Shown one piece after another: positions 61,286 through 64,000 of a stretch of 64,000 nt of DNA (the stretch's first letter is position 1; each line of letters begins with the position of its first letter). Location: positions 21,328,001-21,392,000 of the forward strand of contig OZ024743.1 of NCBI GenBank assembly GCA_964016885.1. The letters run 5' to 3'. A program made the translations under genes and the position numbers. This stretch comes from Eledone cirrhosa. Its lineage: Eukaryota. The notes beneath the pieces were generated by a model, which was given only the letters and a program-made list of their open reading frames with translations, searched no databases and was not told where the DNA came from.

Positions 61286-61630
61286 CCAGTGGCACAATGA
61301 ATACACCTATATAGGCGCAACCTCAACAACCTTTAAGGAGCGACTATACAACCACAGAAGCTCCTGCACCCACAGACCTAAGCGTCCTCAAGCCAGACTG
61401 GTTGATTTGATCTGGGACCTCAAGGATAGGAACCTGAAATACCAGGTCAAGTGGTTCGTAAGGAGACGCGTGGCCCAGCATTCCACCGGAGGAAGCCACT
61501 GCAGGTTTTGCCTGGCAGAATCAGCAAAGATCATTAAATTAAAATCGGCTATTAATTTGAGATCGGAAATCCTCATAAACTATAGAGTCACAAAAAAACA
61601 TACATTCTCTGCCATGGTATTCGGGAAGTA
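61286..61630 (+). mobile_element. Nematis-type PLE GIY-YIG fragment starting at (TA)n
   Basis: YTYIGATSTTFKERLYNHRSS...LIWDLKD...W...CRFCLAES...INLRSEI. Confidence 0.75.
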
Positions 61631-62227
61631 ACCATGGACAGACCAAAACGTAATCACCTGAACTCAGACAACGATAGGCATTGTTATTCTTGTTAATATT
61701 ATACTGTATTCTTTATCATGTTCCTCATTATTAAACATGTTACCATGTATTCACCACTCTCACCCACATGAACATGCACAACACACACAAGAAGCACACA
61801 CAAACCACCAGCATCATATAAATTACCACTATTGGATTCATCACTTCCATATGTATCACCAATTTCATCACCGTTATTATTACCATTACATTTATTTCAC
61901 ATTTTCATCCTTCTCTTATCCTAAAAATGTTTTTACCACCATATATTCCTATATTTTATTTATCTAGACGAACTGCAAGTACATACACATATACCAGAGT
62001 ATGTGAATACACGCCCGCAGAGTGATATAGTTATATGAACGTGCCGGCTTATGAGCACGCATATATCTGAGTGTGTGCATATGCAGAGATACAGACATGT
62101 GTAAGTATATACACGTGGGTGTGTGTCTGTAGCTAGTATACTCTGTGTGAGTGTGTGTGCGTGTACTAGTGTATAAGCTAACCCATATAGCTAGTGTAGC
62201 AGTTATTTCATGTATCCATTTTCACAC

Positions 62228-62281
<54 letters not shown>

Positions 62282-62335
62282 ATAATAAATGGAAGACTAA
62301 AATCCGAAGAGGGCTCGATAAGGATTATATATATG

Positions 62336-62429
<94 letters not shown>

Positions 62430-62739
62430 TTTGCGCATATGTATATTTATATTCATTTATATATGCACATACACACACACTCTCTCTCTATCTCTCTCTC
62501 AGATCAAAGCTGGTTGTTGAATTATTGGTTATACACACACTTGTACGGATAAATGTTGGTGGTCATTTGTATCCATCGTGAGTGATCAGTCTTATGATGG
62601 TTAGGGTCAGTCGATAAAATCGACTTCAATACACGACTGGTATATATTTTATAGGCACAGCAGCGATGGAGGGTTAAGTGAATTTCGACAACATTCGAAT
62701 ATAGAATTTAAAGGGCAATAATTTAATAATAATAATAAT

Positions 62740-62888
62740 TGTTTCTACTTTTGGTACAAGGCCAGCAAATACCCAGTACATTACTGGTACTTTATTTTAT
62801 CGACCCCAAAATGATTAAAGGCAAAGTTAACCTCGGCGGGATTTGAACTCAGTCCGTAAAGGCATGGCGTCCGACTCTCTACCGATAT
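62740..62888 (-). mobile_element. SINE copy
   Basis: Family motif ...aaggcaaagttaacctcggcgggatttgaactcag. Confidence 0.75.
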
Positions 62889-63129
62889 GTGAATGGAATT
62901 AAAATAGATATCAGTATCATGTGAAGATGGTGTTTAATTCCCTGATTAGTCATGATCGAGTACGCTTATGGCCAAAGTTGTTCTACCTATGAACAGCCCG
63001 AACTTTGTTCAGACATTTTTCATGAATACATTATTCTAGGTGACCTTTCGTTTTTAAGACGTCGGTGTATGCAATGATAGAAATTGACAGTGACTTCTAT
63101 GAAAATGCATCCTAAATCAATTTAATTCT

Positions 63130-63700
63130 GATGCCGATAAAGACAAATTAAAACAAAGTTTTCGCGGTGCACTGTACATGTAAGTGGAATTTCCCTAAAG
63201 CAGGAGGGGGAGTTCAGCTATCTCAGGCCGTTTTCAAGAGTGATGGAAGACAAGAGACGGAATTAAATGCAAGAATTGCATAAGATGTTGCAGAAAAGCA
63301 ACTGCTTAGGCGTAAAAGCTAAATTCACTATCTTCACTTTATTGTTTGTGCTTACACTTATAGTCATGAATCTTTGGTAATAACCGAAAGAATAGGATCA
63401 CGAATACAATCAGGTCTTTCGAGTAACGAAACACTATAAAGTGCATAACTCAGAGAACAAGGAGTCGCTCTAGGTATAACTGCTACTTCTCTGAATTGAG
63501 AGTTCACCGCTCCGATACTACGAACATGTGGTAATGATGGCTACAGAAAAAATGGCTGAACAATTTTTACAACCAAAGCCAACTGACAAGAGAGCCAGAG
63601 GTATACGACAAACAAGATGGTTCGATATCACCCAGGAGCTCGGTTAGTCTCGCTTGGATATCTAGGTGGATCAGAGACCGATGCTTCTAATAGGCCCCTC
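63130..63700 (+). mobile_element. Highly decayed RTE-type LINE 3' region
   Basis: Frame-broken GISLKQEGEFSYL...FKSDGRQETE, plus HESL and KRARG..RW remnants. Confidence 0.5.
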
Positions 63701-63871
63701 TGAAACGTGTGTTTGAGGACTCTCCCCCTCCCCCCACAACCCTTTCAGGAATAATTGGGTGAAGAAGAGCATATGAGGATTGGTATTTTACAAACCTTTA
63801 TTGAATAATAAAAAAAAGACCTATAAATAGATATTTGAACCTTGACAGAGTTCTAAATGATAAGTAATTAA

Positions 63872-64000
63872 TTGTTTCTACTTTAGGCACAAGACCAGCA
63901 AATACCCAGTGCATTACTGGTACTTTATTTTATCGACCCTGTAAGGATGAAAGGCAAAGTCAACCTCGGCGGGATTTGAACTCAGATCGTAAAGGGACGT
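63872..64000 (-). mobile_element. SINE copy (cut by the window edge)
   Basis: actggtactttattttatcgacc...ggatgaaaggcaaagtcaacctcggcgggatttgaactcag. Confidence 0.8.

Overview
Repeat-saturated, AT-rich eukaryotic DNA with no recognisable host gene. The SINE families, (TA)n/(CA)n density and retroelement mix suggest an Octopus (coleoid cephalopod) genome; this is inference. Contents: several Penelope-like retroelements (PLEs; RT plus C-terminal GIY-YIG; Nematis-type, Neptune-type and a third type), Tx1/L1, RTE, CRE and CR1 LINE remnants, a Gypsy integrase fragment, a young 2.1-kb non-autonomous LTR element, Merlin, mariner, hAT and pogo-type DNA-transposon derivatives, many tRNA-derived SINE copies, a 4-kb 28-bp minisatellite and a Thr-codon triplet array. 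The most notable hidden structure is roughly 20 hand-folded type-I hammerhead ribozyme motifs from about ten unrelated sequence families. Several have a compensatory U3-A8 core or a U4C core. They are mostly carried by short non-coding fold-back (inverted-repeat) or partial-tandem elements inserted into (TA)n microsatellites. All folds, alignments and coordinates were read by eye; boundaries are approximate.
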